NCBI GenBank assembly: GCA_050259635.1
Contig: JBLNBA010000001.1
Coordinates: 71,329 to 135,328, forward strand
Origin: Bacillota bacterium
Lineage (GTDB): Bacteria; Patescibacteriota; Patescibacteriia; Patescibacteriales; UBA12465
DNA length: 64,000 nucleotides
Direction: 5' to 3'
Both the position numbers and the translations under genes were made by a program. Shown piece after piece: positions 1 through 9,446 of this stretch; the stretch's first letter is position 1, and each line of letters opens with the position of its first letter. Below the pieces are notes generated by a model that was not told where the DNA came from, made no database searches, and saw only the letters and a list, made by a program, of their open reading frames with translations.

Positions 1-130
1 GTTTCTTCCCGGGTTGGGCGTCTTTCGGACCGGTGAGGAAGATCACGGCGGCCACGACAACGGCGAGCACGAGTACGCCGGTGATAAGAGCGCTCTTATT
101 CTTCAAAATACGTTGCAGCATCTTTTTCAT
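1..130 (-). CDS. N-terminal fragment of a membrane-anchored protein (runs off the window)
   Basis: ATG at 130-128 on minus opens MKKMLQRILKNKSALITGVLVLAVVVAAVIFLTGPKDAQPGKK with one hydrophobic helix and no stop before position 1. Too short for the ORF track. Confidence 0.35.
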   Translation of the reverse strand, partial: MKKMLQRILKNKSALITGVLVLAVVVAAVIFLTGPKDAQPGKK

Positions 131-198
131 ATTGTCTATTTATTAAACTATTTATTATCTGAGCTTAATTATAAGAGATAGAGGAGTAGGTGTCAAAA

Positions 199-987
199 TC
201 ATTTCTGTTTGGCGAGAAAGTCCATCAGCTCTACAGGTAAAGCGGAGGCAAATGACAGTTTTTCCCCCGATGGGGCGGTAAAGCTGAGCAGGGCTGCATG
301 GAGGAATATCCGACCCAATCCGATCTTGCTGTTTTTTACTTTTGTCTTAGGAGTGCCATAGACATCATCCCCGACTAAGGGGTGGCCCGAAGCGGCCATA
401 TGCACCCTGATCTGGTGTGTGCGGCCGGTCTTGATATTTACTCTAAGGAGAGTAAGGTGGGGCCATTTTTTTTCGCAGATGAAATCAGTTATTGCTTGGC
501 GTGCGCGTTCATGGGCCTCGATCGTACCCAGGTCTCGGTTGCTTAGCTTTGTTTTCTTTTCTTCGATCTTTTCTGCTCCCAGGGGAAGGGCGGCCATCTT
601 GAAGCCTGCACGCGAGCGTACGATAGGGAATAAAATACGGCCTTCGTCACGGATAATCTTGCCATGGGCGAGAGCGATATATTCTTTCTTTACCTTCCTC
701 TTTTTGAATTGTTCTTTAAGGTGGAGAAAGCTTGCCTGGTTGCGCGCGACCACCATAAGGCCGCTAGCTTCACGGTCAAGGCGGTGAACTATGCCTGGCC
801 TAGTCTCTTCCTCCCCTACCCCTTTAAGCTCGGGATAATCTGCCAGAAGATAATCCGCTAAGGTCGGCTCCTGGGTGGCGTCACCTTCGTGGACGATGAG
901 GCCGGCGGGTTTTTCTACTACCAGTAGGTCGTCGTTTTCAAATATTATTTTAATCGCTCCGTGAGGAGTAGGTATTTCTTTTTCCAT
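199..987 (-). CDS. RluA/RluD-family pseudouridine synthase (no S4 domain)
   Basis: Catalytic-Asp motif HRLDREASGL and PAGLIVHEG. 262 aa. Confidence 0.85.
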   Translation of the reverse strand: MEKEIPTPHGAIKIIFENDDLLVVEKPAGLIVHEGDATQEPTLADYLLADYPELKGVGEEETRPGIVHRLDREASGLMVVARNQASFLHLKEQFKKRKVKKEYIALAHGKIIRDEGRILFPIVRSRAGFKMAALPLGAEKIEEKKTKLSNRDLGTIEAHERARQAITDFICEKKWPHLTLLRVNIKTGRTHQIRVHMAASGHPLVGDDVYGTPKTKVKNSKIGLGRIFLHAALLSFTAPSGEKLSFASALPVELMDFLAKQK

Positions 988-988
988 A

Positions 989-2425
989 TTAGGTTCTTTT
1001 AAAGAGGCTTAGAAAATCATTTCTCGTGAAAGCCTTCAATAGATATAAGGAGAGGAGATAGGTTAAGCCCCCAATAATTAATGTGAGTAGTAACCTTAAA
1101 AGGTCTGAACTAGCGGAAATAGGAATGAGATATAGAGCGGCAGCCATGATTCCGGTGGCGCCAGCGGCTTTAAGGAAGCCTGTCCATTTCATCTTTAGCT
1201 TGAGGTGGCGATAGAGGAAGATCGATGATAGCAGGGCAATGGCTGTTTCACTGTATACGGTTACCGCTGCTGCGCCGAAATAGGAAAACCGCGGGATGAG
1301 TAAGATATAGGCTGCGAGTGAGGTAAGGCCGGTGAAGACGTAAATCCAGATGATCTTTTTTTGTGCCTTAACCGCTATAATAGCATGGGCGGCCATATTG
1401 CCCAAGAAAATGGCGGCTACGGCCATAATAAGGATGCGCAGGATAGATCCGGCGGCTAGGAATTGCGGACCGGCGACAAGCACGATAATCTCCTTCGCAG
1501 CGAATTGCGTTCCCACCGCAATCGGCAAAGCGATGAGAGCCATGGCATCAAAGGACCTTTGTAGAATCGAAGCAAAGCGCCCTTTGTCGGCCTTTTCCCA
1601 GGCAGCGGACAATAGAGGCAGAATTATTCCGGCGAACATAAAGGGCAAAGAGCTTAGCACGTCGATGATCTTATACGAGGCTCCGTAGAGACCCACCTCT
1701 TCCTGGCTGCGGACCATGGATAGCACCAGGGTGTCGGCACGGAGATAAATCAGGTTAAAAGCGATGGTTACCGCTAGTGGCCAGGAAAGGCCCATGATCT
1801 TCTTCCACCAGTTAAAATCGAACGTGGGGCGGATACGGGCAAAGCGTCGGGCATAATACAAGTGGAGTAGAAAACTGGCAAACGAAGCAGCGGTCGTCGA
1901 AATCAGGATTCCCGGAAGACCCCAGCCTTCTTCCACTGAAAGGATGACACCGATAATTAGGACAAAGCGGCTCAAGGTCTCAGCCCAAGCGACCTTATCC
2001 ATCCTTAGACGATTTTGGAAAAGGCCGACCATGATTTGGTTTAAAGCCGTGAATATAAAGGATCCGGCGGCTAGCAATACCCCTAACTTTATATCCCCGC
2101 TGTAATTAAACAGCAGGACGGCCAGCGGTGCCGATCCAATAAATAGCAAGGCGGTCGCTAAACGCAAACCAAAAAGGTTACCTAGGATTTTCTCTTCCTG
2201 TTCTGGCTGGCTTGAAATCATTTGCGATGTCACCAGCGTCAAGCCGAGGTCGGCAATGATTGCAAAGAAGGAGAGAAAGGTGATGGCGGTCGTATATTCT
2301 CCGAAACCGGCTTGGCCCAGCTCTCTTGTCATTAACGCAAAGGCGAAAAGATTAAGGCCGGTGGAGGCCAGCTTGCCGACTACCTGGATAATGGTATTGC
2401 GGAATATTTTCCTTCTTAAAGCCAT
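989..2425 (-). CDS. MOP-superfamily flippase (Wzx/MurJ-like polysaccharide or lipid-linked oligosaccharide exporter)
   Basis: 478 aa, hydrophobic throughout with many TM helices. N-terminus RNTIIQVVGKLASTGLNLF is typical of Wzx/MurJ-type proteins. Confidence 0.7.
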   Translation of the reverse strand: MALRRKIFRNTIIQVVGKLASTGLNLFAFALMTRELGQAGFGEYTTAITFLSFFAIIADLGLTLVTSQMISSQPEQEEKILGNLFGLRLATALLFIGSAPLAVLLFNYSGDIKLGVLLAAGSFIFTALNQIMVGLFQNRLRMDKVAWAETLSRFVLIIGVILSVEEGWGLPGILISTTAASFASFLLHLYYARRFARIRPTFDFNWWKKIMGLSWPLAVTIAFNLIYLRADTLVLSMVRSQEEVGLYGASYKIIDVLSSLPFMFAGIILPLLSAAWEKADKGRFASILQRSFDAMALIALPIAVGTQFAAKEIIVLVAGPQFLAAGSILRILIMAVAAIFLGNMAAHAIIAVKAQKKIIWIYVFTGLTSLAAYILLIPRFSYFGAAAVTVYSETAIALLSSIFLYRHLKLKMKWTGFLKAAGATGIMAAALYLIPISASSDLLRLLLTLIIGGLTYLLSLYLLKAFTRNDFLSLFKRT

Positions 2426-2482
2426 ATTTCTTGTTATTTGAGGGCTATTTTTATATAATGATTATATCACATCAATAACTAT

Positions 2483-2917
2483 ATGCGCATCGTCCGTAAA
2501 AAAGCAATTTCCGCCTTTATCTTGGGAGTGTTGAGTTTGTTTATGTCCGGTTTCTTCTTGCCGGCCGAACCAGTTTTAGCTGATCAATCCCTCATTAGTT
2601 CTCAAGAAGGGTTCGGTAGCGGGGAAATCGGCGTTGCTTTCGATCAGGAGGGTAAGCCGGATGACATCCGGATTGTCGTTATCAGGATAATCAAAGTCGC
2701 TTTAACCATCCTCGGCCTTCTTTTAGTGGCAATCTTAGTATTAGCTGGATATAGGTATATGACGGCAAACGGCAATGAGGACCAAACTAAGAAGGCTATA
2801 AAAGAGATTACTGAGGCGGTAATCGGCTTGCTCGTCGTCCTGGTTGCTTGGGGTGTCACTGCCTTCGTTATGAGGCAGCTCCTTTCCGCCACGGGAAGCC
2901 AGATATTAGTGCCTTAA
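2483..2917 (+). CDS. small secreted/membrane protein, TrbC/VirB2-like 'T4SS pilin' type
   Basis: Signal anchor plus two hydrophobic helices flanking AGYRYMTANGNEDQTKKAIKEITEAVIGLL. The pattern is recalled from VirB2-like mini-pilins of CPR genomes. No alignment was done. Confidence 0.5.
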   Translation: MRIVRKKAISAFILGVLSLFMSGFFLPAEPVLADQSLISSQEGFGSGEIGVAFDQEGKPDDIRIVVIRIIKVALTILGLLLVAILVLAGYRYMTANGNEDQTKKAIKEITEAVIGLLVVLVAWGVTAFVMRQLLSATGSQILVP

Positions 2918-3031
2918 TCCCTTTACAAATAGACTCTTGTCTGCTATATTGTCATTAGAAAGCTAATTGTCCTTACAATTAGCTTTTTCTTTAGCCCGAT
3001 TTAAATTGCGGGATTTCCCGCTTAAAAAAAT

Positions 3032-4276
3032 ATGTCTGAACTAACCAACGCCATCAAACAGGTGTGCGAAGAAAAAAACCTTGATTATACGGCCGTCGTA
3101 AACACAATTGAGCTTGCTTTAGCGGCAGCTTATCGCAAGGATTACGGCGAAAAGAACCAGAATATCAAGGTGGTTTTTGATCCCAACACCGCCAAGTCGG
3201 AAATCTACGACGTAAAAACCGTAGTGGATAATCTGCCGGAGCAGGAGGAGCAAGAGATGCTCCGTCGTCTTAACGATCCTGATTATAGGCGCGACGAGAA
3301 AGAAGAAAGGCAAGAACAGGCCGAGGGTGAAGAAGGCGAAGAGAAAGAACGTAAGTTTAATCCCAAGACCGATATCCAATTAAAAGAGGCCCTTATTTTC
3401 AAACACGAAGCTAAGATTGGCGATGAAATGATGACCGAGCTTCCTATCCCCGAGAGTTACGGGCGCATGGCTGCTCAGACAGCCAAGCAGGTAATCATCC
3501 AGAAGCTCCGAGAAATGGAGCGCGATATGGTCTTAAGTGAGTTCAGGGATAAGGAAAGAGAGGTTGTAGGCGGCGTCGTCCAAAGACATGAAGGCCGGCT
3601 CGTCTTTGTCGATCTCGGCAAAGCGATTGGCATCCTGCCTCCGGAAGAACAGATCTTTAATGAATTCTATCGCCCCGGTGAACGCGTAAAGGTATATATC
3701 AAAGAAGTCCGGGAAGGACATAAGGGTCCGGAGATCATCTTGTCCCGGCGTAGCGAGGAAATCTTGAAAAAAATCTTCTACCTTGAGATCCCGGAAATCG
3801 CTAACGGCTTGGTGGAGATAAAAGGCGTTGCTCGCGAAGCCGGTTCCCGCTCAAAGGTAGCGATCTTCACAGAAGCCGAGAACGTAGATCCGGTAGGATC
3901 GTGCGTAGGCCAGCGCGGTGCCCGTATCCAGACTATTATCAGTGAATTAGGGGGAGAGAAAGTTGACATCATCGAATATGATGAAGATCCTGCGAAATTC
4001 ATCACCAATGCTCTTTCACCTGCCAAGATCGAAAGTATCGAGCTCGATGATAAGGAGCGTAAAGCGGTGGTAAAGGTAGCAGCCGATAAGCTTTCACTCG
4101 CAATCGGCAAGAGCGGGCAGAATGTCCGCTTAGCTGCCCATCTTACTGGTTGGAAAATCGATATCATAGAAGCGGAAGGTGAAAAGAAAGTGGCTGATGA
4201 GAATGGCGAAGCTGAAACAGAGTCAAGCCAATCGCCGGAAGCAGAGGAAAAGGAGGAGGAAGCTAAGGAGGAATAA
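3032..4276 (+). CDS. nusA: transcription termination/antitermination factor NusA
   Basis: S1 domain (VVGGVVQRHEGRLVFVDLG) and two KH domains (GSCVGQRGARIQ, AIGKSGQNVRLA). Has an acidic insert and an acidic tail, and no AR1/AR2 repeats. Confidence 0.9.
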   Translation: MSELTNAIKQVCEEKNLDYTAVVNTIELALAAAYRKDYGEKNQNIKVVFDPNTAKSEIYDVKTVVDNLPEQEEQEMLRRLNDPDYRRDEKEERQEQAEGEEGEEKERKFNPKTDIQLKEALIFKHEAKIGDEMMTELPIPESYGRMAAQTAKQVIIQKLREMERDMVLSEFRDKEREVVGGVVQRHEGRLVFVDLGKAIGILPPEEQIFNEFYRPGERVKVYIKEVREGHKGPEIILSRRSEEILKKIFYLEIPEIANGLVEIKGVAREAGSRSKVAIFTEAENVDPVGSCVGQRGARIQTIISELGGEKVDIIEYDEDPAKFITNALSPAKIESIELDDKERKAVVKVAADKLSLAIGKSGQNVRLAAHLTGWKIDIIEAEGEKKVADENGEAETESSQSPEAEEKEEEAKEE

Positions 4277-4304
4277 GAGGAAATAATAAATTTTAATAAA
4301 TAAT

Positions 4305-6293
4305 ATGACTAATCTCCTGATCATCGGCAGCGCTTTGGCGGCCATCATATATGGCGTCATCGCTGTTGCCTCCGTCCTTCGTATGCCTGCGGGCAACGAG
4401 AAGATGAAGGAAATTGCAGCCGCTATCCAAGCCGGAGCGCGCGCCTTCCTTAATCGCCAATATCGTTCGGTCGGTATCGTGGCCGCGGTGTTGTTCGTGA
4501 TCCTCGGTCTCATCCCGTCCTTGGGATGGTTGACTGCGGCCGCTTTCTTGTTGGGCGCGGCGTTTTCTGCCCTTACCGGATACATCGGCATGTTCGTCAG
4601 CGTCCGTGCTAATGTCCGTACGGCTGAAGCGGCTCGCGGCGGCTTACAGAAAGCTTTAAATGTCGCCGTTCGTGGTGGTAGTGTCACTGGCTTATTAGTG
4701 GTTGGTCTTGCTTTGCTTGGAACTGCCGGTTTTTATTTAGTTACCGGCAACCTTCATGCTTTGATCGGCTTTGGTTTTGGTGGTTCTTTAGTTTCCATTT
4801 TTGCCCGTTTAGGGGGCGGTATTTACACCAAGGCTGCTGATGTCGGCGCCGATTTAGTAGGAAAAGTTGAAGCCAGTATTCCTGAAGATGACCCTCGTAA
4901 CCCCGCGGTGATTGCCGATAATGTCGGTGATAATGTCGGTGATTGCGCAGGTATGGCCGCCGATCTTTTTGAGACTTACGCCGTTACCTCAATTGCGGCG
5001 ATGGTCTTAGGTTCTCTAACTTTTGCAAACAACCCTGATATCGTTATCTTCCCGCTGGTTTTGGGAGCGGTTTCCATCCTCGCTTCTATCGTCGGCATCT
5101 TTTTCATCCGCTTGGGCAAGAAGAAAAACATCATGCGCGCTTTGTACAAGGGCTTGATCGCTTCTGGCGTATTAGCGGCGATCGCTTTTTACCCCATAAC
5201 CCGCGCCTTCATCGATGATGCCTCTCTGGCTATGAACGTTTATCTGGCAGGCTTGATCGGCTTGGCCGTAACGGCCGCTTTGGTCGTTATCACCGAATAC
5301 TATACCTCCACCAAGTTTGCTCCGGTGAAGAGTATAGCTGAAGCTTCCCGTACCGGGCACGGAACGAATGTTATCGCCGGCCTCGCGGTATCCATGAAGT
5401 CTACCGCCCTTCCGATCCTTGTGATCGTGGCCGCCATTATCGGTTCATACTCATTAGTCGGTTTATACGGCGTTGCGGTGGCTGCAGTAGCCATGCTTTC
5501 CATGGCCGGCATAATTGTAACTATTGATGCCTACGGTCCGATTACTGATAACGCCGGCGGAATAGCGGAAATGGCTGAATTAGGAGACGATGTCCGCAAC
5601 ATTACTGATCCGCTAGATGCAGTTGGTAACACCACTAAAGCTGTTACTAAGGGCTATGCCATTGGTTCTGCCGCTCTGGCAGCCCTGGTCCTGTTCTCAG
5701 ACTTCACGTATTCCCTGCCGGATAGTTATCAGTTCATGATTAATAATCCTTATGTACTCGCCGGCTTATTTCTTGGCGGTCTCTTGCCTTATTACTTCGG
5801 CGCTTTAGCGATGAAGGCGGTGGGCAAAGCTGCTGGGTCTGTCGTCGATGATGTCCGGGCACAGTTTAAGGAGAAGACCGGCATTATGGCCGGTACCGAA
5901 AAGCCGGATTATGGTCGTACGGTTGATATCGTCACCAAGGCGGCGCTTAAAGAAATGGTTCTCCCGGCTATTATTCCTGTGGTCGTTCCGATCCTTGTCG
6001 GCTTCATTTTTGGGAGCCACGGCATTGAAGCTCTTGGTGGCCTGTTAGTCGGGTCGATCATCACTGGCGTCTTTGTTGCTGTTTCCATGACATCCGGAGG
6101 TGGTGCTTGGGATAATGCCAAGAAGTATATTGAACTTGGTCATTTTGGCGGCAAGGGCTCTGATGCCCACAAGGCTGCGGTTACTGGTGATACCGTCGGT
6201 GATCCTTATAAGGATACCGCCGGCCCGGCGATTAATCCGATGATTAAGGTATTAAACATTGTCGCCCTGCTCATCGTTGGTTTGTTGCTCTAA
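4305..6293 (+). CDS. hppA: membrane-bound H+-translocating pyrophosphatase
   Basis: [22 protein letters not shown] and [21 protein letters not shown] motifs. 662 aa polytopic membrane protein. Confidence 0.95.
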   Translation: MTNLLIIGSALAAIIYGVIAVASVLRMPAGNEKMKEIAAAIQAGARAFLNRQYRSVGIVAAVLFVILGLIPSLGWLTAAAFLLGAAFSALTGYIGMFVSVRANVRTAEAARGGLQKALNVAVRGGSVTGLLVVGLALLGTAGFYLVTGNLHALIGFGFGGSLVSIFARLGGGIYTKAADVGADLVGKVEASIPEDDPRNPAVIADNVGDNVGDCAGMAADLFETYAVTSIAAMVLGSLTFANNPDIVIFPLVLGAVSILASIVGIFFIRLGKKKNIMRALYKGLIASGVLAAIAFYPITRAFIDDASLAMNVYLAGLIGLAVTAALVVITEYYTSTKFAPVKSIAEASRTGHGTNVIAGLAVSMKSTALPILVIVAAIIGSYSLVGLYGVAVAAVAMLSMAGIIVTIDAYGPITDNAGGIAEMAELGDDVRNITDPLDAVGNTTKAVTKGYAIGSAALAALVLFSDFTYSLPDSYQFMINNPYVLAGLFLGGLLPYYFGALAMKAVGKAAGSVVDDVRAQFKEKTGIMAGTEKPDYGRTVDIVTKAALKEMVLPAIIPVVVPILVGFIFGSHGIEALGGLLVGSIITGVFVAVSMTSGGGAWDNAKKYIELGHFGGKGSDAHKAAVTGDTVGDPYKDTAGPAINPMIKVLNIVALLIVGLLL

Positions 6294-6316
6294 TTAACTG
6301 TCCAAAGAATAAAAAA

Positions 6317-6340
6317 ACACCTCCTTTGGGGGTGTTTTTT
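6317..6340 (+). terminator. intrinsic terminator after hppA
   Basis: Stem acacctcc/ggggtgt followed by a T-run. Confidence 0.6.
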
Positions 6341-6422
6341 GTTACCAAACAGCTCTTTACAAGCTAGAAGATATCATCTAAAATTGTTGAAAATCAATTT
6401 GTTCTTACTAAAAACACACGAG

Positions 6423-6854
6423 ATGAAAACTTATCAGGCTAATATTATCGGTTCAGTTAAAAGACTTATCGATAAAATGAAAAAGAATGATGATGATCTT
6501 GTTGAAAAAATTTTGTTGTTTAACGACATTCTGAAAAGATTGCCCTGTACAACTATGGTTGATAAGGAGTATCTTCATACTGGCGAGTTATATAGAGGTA
6601 CGACCGAACTATTCCCCCAAGCTTATTGGGGGTATCTTAGTCCCTCGGAAAAAAGCAAGTTGACTATCGCCTTTGCTTTCTCCGTTGAGGATAAGGCAAA
6701 ATTAACCGAAAGTTGGTTCGACGGTCAGGTAATTTTCGAGGGCAACTGGATAGAAACACTTAAGACAATGCTGGAGATGATGTCGCTTACCGAGATTGGT
6801 CTTACCGAGAAAGAGAACAACGCACTTAAAGCTTTTTCCGAAGCTATTAAATGA
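6423..6854 (+). CDS. hypothetical protein (143 aa from ATG 6423)
   Basis: Long ORF with its own downstream terminator. The track start at 6339 overlaps the hppA terminator, so ATG 6423 is preferred. No recognisable motif, and visibly AT-richer than its neighbours. Confidence 0.45.
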   Translation: MKTYQANIIGSVKRLIDKMKKNDDDLVEKILLFNDILKRLPCTTMVDKEYLHTGELYRGTTELFPQAYWGYLSPSEKSKLTIAFAFSVEDKAKLTESWFDGQVIFEGNWIETLKTMLEMMSLTEIGLTEKENNALKAFSEAIK

Positions 6855-6858
6855 ACTT

Positions 6859-6887
6859 AGCGCTTATCAATCAGATAAGCGCTTTTA
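6859..6887 (+). terminator. intrinsic terminator
   Basis: Perfect 10-bp stem agcgcttatc/gataagcgct followed by TTT. Confidence 0.6.
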
Positions 6888-7008
6888 AAAAAAGTATCTT
6901 TTGCTACCAAAATTTATACTTGCTTTTTCCCAAAAAAGTGCTAAGATATAATAAATAAAGAAATCATAATAAGCGAGCTAAAAGCTCGTTTCTAATTGCT
7001 TCGAGCAT

Positions 7009-8319
7009 ATGAAAGTCACTAAAAAAGATTTAGAAAAATCAATGGTTGAAGTTTCTGTAGTCCTTGAAGTGGAAGAATTTCAGCCATATATAGAGAAAGG
7101 GGCTCAGCACGTTTCTGAGCATGTAAAGATTGAAGGGTTTCGCCCAGGCAAGGTCCCTTATGACATTCTTAAACAGAAAGTGGGGGAAATCAGCATCCTG
7201 GAAGAAGCGGCCCACATTGCAATCCATAAGACGATTGATGGGATTTTTGAAAAGGAACTTGCGGGCCGTCAGCCGGTAGGGCAGCCGAACGTCGAGATTA
7301 CGAAGCTCGCACCTGGCAATCCTTTGGAATATAAAGTGACCATTGCCCTTCTTCCGGTCGTTGCATTGGGAGAATATAAGGGACTTAAGATAGTGAAGGA
7401 AAGGCCGGAGGTGACGGACGAAGATATTGAAAAGACCCTCAAAGAAATTCTTGAGATGCGCGCCAAGGAGGCAATAAGCGATTCTCCGGCTAAGCAGGGG
7501 GATAAGATTGTCCTTGATATCAACCTGAGTATTGAGAAAGTTCCGGTAGAAGGAGGCCAGGCTAAAGATGTAACCATAATCTTAGGGAAAGAGTATATGG
7601 TGCCGGGATTTGATGAGAAGGTCGGGGGTATAAAGACCGGTGATAAGCGCGAATTCTCTCTCCATTATCCTGAAACGCATCATCAGGCCAATCTTGCGGG
7701 TAAGCTGGTGGATTTTGAGGTTAAGGCTACGGCGGTTTATTCTCGCGAATTACCAGCTATCGACGATGCTTTAGCGGAAGACATGCATTTCAAGAATGTG
7801 GAAGATTTAAAGGAGGCTATCCGTAAGAACATTATGGCGGATCGCGAGCGTCAGGCGGATATAAAGGCGGAGCTTAAGATGTTAGAAGCGATCGCTGAGA
7901 AAGCTAAGTTTGGTGATTTTCCTGATGCCCTTATCATGAGCGAATCGGAAAATATGATGCAGGAGCTCGAACGCAATGTGACCAGCCAGGGCGGAAATTT
8001 CCAAGATTATCTTCAGCATCTTAATAAGAACAGAGAAGAATTACGTCTGGATATGCTGCCAAACGCTATCAAGAGGATCAAGACCGCTCTTGTCATTAGA
8101 GAAGTTGGAATCATTGAAAAGATTGATATCAAGAAAAGCGCGGTGGACGAGCGTTTGGAAGGTCTTAAAAAGATGTATGGGCAAGATCAGGAAGTGTCTT
8201 CCCGGTTGGCTTCAGCTGAATATCGCCGCCATCTTGAAAATATGATGTTTAATGACGAAGTGGTAGCTAAGCTTAAAGAATGGAATTATGCCGATTCTGG
8301 CGAACAACCGCAGAGCTAG
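7009..8319 (+). CDS. tig: trigger factor
   Basis: Ribosome-binding motif GFRPGKVP, central FKBP-like part and C-terminal domain. 436 aa. Confidence 0.9.
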   Translation: MKVTKKDLEKSMVEVSVVLEVEEFQPYIEKGAQHVSEHVKIEGFRPGKVPYDILKQKVGEISILEEAAHIAIHKTIDGIFEKELAGRQPVGQPNVEITKLAPGNPLEYKVTIALLPVVALGEYKGLKIVKERPEVTDEDIEKTLKEILEMRAKEAISDSPAKQGDKIVLDINLSIEKVPVEGGQAKDVTIILGKEYMVPGFDEKVGGIKTGDKREFSLHYPETHHQANLAGKLVDFEVKATAVYSRELPAIDDALAEDMHFKNVEDLKEAIRKNIMADRERQADIKAELKMLEAIAEKAKFGDFPDALIMSESENMMQELERNVTSQGGNFQDYLQHLNKNREELRLDMLPNAIKRIKTALVIREVGIIEKIDIKKSAVDERLEGLKKMYGQDQEVSSRLASAEYRRHLENMMFNDEVVAKLKEWNYADSGEQPQS

Positions 8320-8752
8320 TTTCGATTACGACCTTTTAGAAAGCTATGAGGCTGGTTTAGTATTGTCTGGACAGGAGGCGAAATCGGCCAAAGGAGGCCA
8401 TATTAACCTCAACGGTTCATATGTTTCTATCAAAGCAGATAAATCAGGACCGGAGCTCTGGCTGATCAATGCCCATATTTCCCCTTATCCTTATGCCGGG
8501 CAGCTTTCCGGATACGAGCCGACCAGGGATCGCAAGCTGTTGGTTACTAAGCGGGAAATGGCCCATTTATCGGGAAAAATTCAGGAAAAGGGCTTGACAT
8601 TGATTCCGGTCAAAATGTATACTAAACGCAGTTTCGTGAAGCTTGAGTTCGCTTTAGGCCGAGGCAAAAAGAAGTATGATAAGCGTGAGGCGATTAAGAA
8701 GCGCGAAACAGAGAGACAGATCAGGACATTCACAAAGAGACAGGGCAAATGA
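8288..8752 (+). CDS. smpB: SsrA-binding protein SmpB
   Basis: NRRASFDYDLLESYEAGLVLSGQEAKS and a basic C-tail. Overlaps the tig 3' end by 32 nt, with no alternative canonical start downstream. Confidence 0.9.
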   Translation: MPILANNRRASFDYDLLESYEAGLVLSGQEAKSAKGGHINLNGSYVSIKADKSGPELWLINAHISPYPYAGQLSGYEPTRDRKLLVTKREMAHLSGKIQEKGLTLIPVKMYTKRSFVKLEFALGRGKKKYDKREAIKKRETERQIRTFTKRQGK

Positions 8753-8756
8753 TATC

Positions 8757-9142
8757 GGGGATGCCGGGTATCGATAATACAGACTGTCTTTAGATATTCA
8801 TGACGGGTTTTGGTTACACCGTAAAAATAACCTAAAAACACAAGTGCCAAAAACACTGCAAGAGCGTTTACTTGGAATGTTCCGAGTTTCGCTCCCGTTA
8901 TGGCTTAATTAAAAAATAGCCGTAACCATCGGACCGGTGCCGCTTCAGCGCCGACAACCGGTGTCATCATCGAAGCTTGGGAACCTTTAGCTCCTCCCTG
9001 ATGGTTCCGACACAATGGAGGGCGGCTGCCGCCTTTTTTGCCTGGTTTAATAGGGCGTCGGCTCGTAACCATAAGCTAGGCTACTCTTGTAAATATATCT
9101 AAAGATCCTTATTAGACATGGGTTCAACTCCCATCATCTCCA
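8757..9142 (+). ncRNA. ssrA: tmRNA (SsrA)
   Basis: 5' GGGGAUG pairs with 3' CAUCUCC, giving the G3:U70 Ala identity pair. T-arm is AUGGG-UUCAACU-CCCAU with discriminator A. Starts 5 nt after smpB and contains an internal tag ORF ending ...FAPVMA-TAA. Confidence 0.85.
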
Positions 9143-9152
9143 CAAATCATGA

Positions 9153-9236
9153 GCCGCGGTGGCGGAACTGGTAGACGCGCTGGACTTAAAATCCAGTTGT
9201 AGAGATACAGTGCGGGTTCGATTCCCGCCCGCGGCA
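9153..9236 (+). tRNA. tRNA-Leu (anticodon TAA)
   Basis: Acceptor gccgcgg/ccgcggc, anticodon loop cuUAAaa, long variable arm, T-loop ttcgatt. No encoded CCA. Confidence 0.9.
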
Positions 9237-9273
9237 CCTTCCGGAACCGAACATTTCCCTGTCTTTTTAGGGC

Positions 9274-9302
9274 TTGCCTCAGGCAAAAATATTTGTTATA
9301 TA
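9274..9302 (+). promoter_or_regulatory. sigma70-type promoter for tRNA-Gly
   Basis: TTGCCT, 17 nt spacer, TATATA, ending 11 nt before the tRNA 5' end. Confidence 0.5.
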
Positions 9303-9313
9303 AGTTAATAGTT

Positions 9314-9385
9314 GCGGGTATCGTATAGTGGTTATTATGCAACCTTGCCATGGTTGAGAGACGAGTTCGATTCTCGTTACCCGCT
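9314..9385 (+). tRNA. tRNA-Gly (anticodon GCC)
   Basis: Acceptor gcgggta/tacccgc, anticodon stem caacc/ggttg with loop ttGCCat, T-loop ttcgatt. Confidence 0.9.
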
Positions 9386-9393
9386 CATAAATA

Positions 9394-9426
9394 AAACGGC
9401 TCCTTTGAAAAGGAGCCGTTTTGTGT
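9394..9426 (+). terminator. intrinsic terminator after tRNA-Gly
   Basis: Stem aacggctcctt/aaggagccgtt followed by TTTGTGT. Confidence 0.6.
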
Positions 9427-9446
9427 ATGGGGGGCAAGGTAGTATA

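Noticed and set aside
8288-8319. 32-nt tig/smpB overlap as a possible frameshift or fusion
   Set aside because: The two reading frames differ. Both proteins are full-length relative to their families, and smpB has no later canonical start. A simple overlap is the simplest reading.
9271-9285. Shared 14-mer ttgcctcaggcaaa at 9274-9287 and 51414-51427 as a dispersed repeat
   Set aside because: There are only two short copies. The first is explained as a -35 element plus spacer of the tRNA-Gly promoter. That is not enough for a repeat family.
9124-9351. 75-aa minus-strand ORF and the 9312 start of the NUDIX ORF
   Set aside because: Both overlap the tmRNA 3' end, tRNA-Leu or tRNA-Gly. The NUDIX gene has a clean internal ATG at 9447, after the tRNA terminator.
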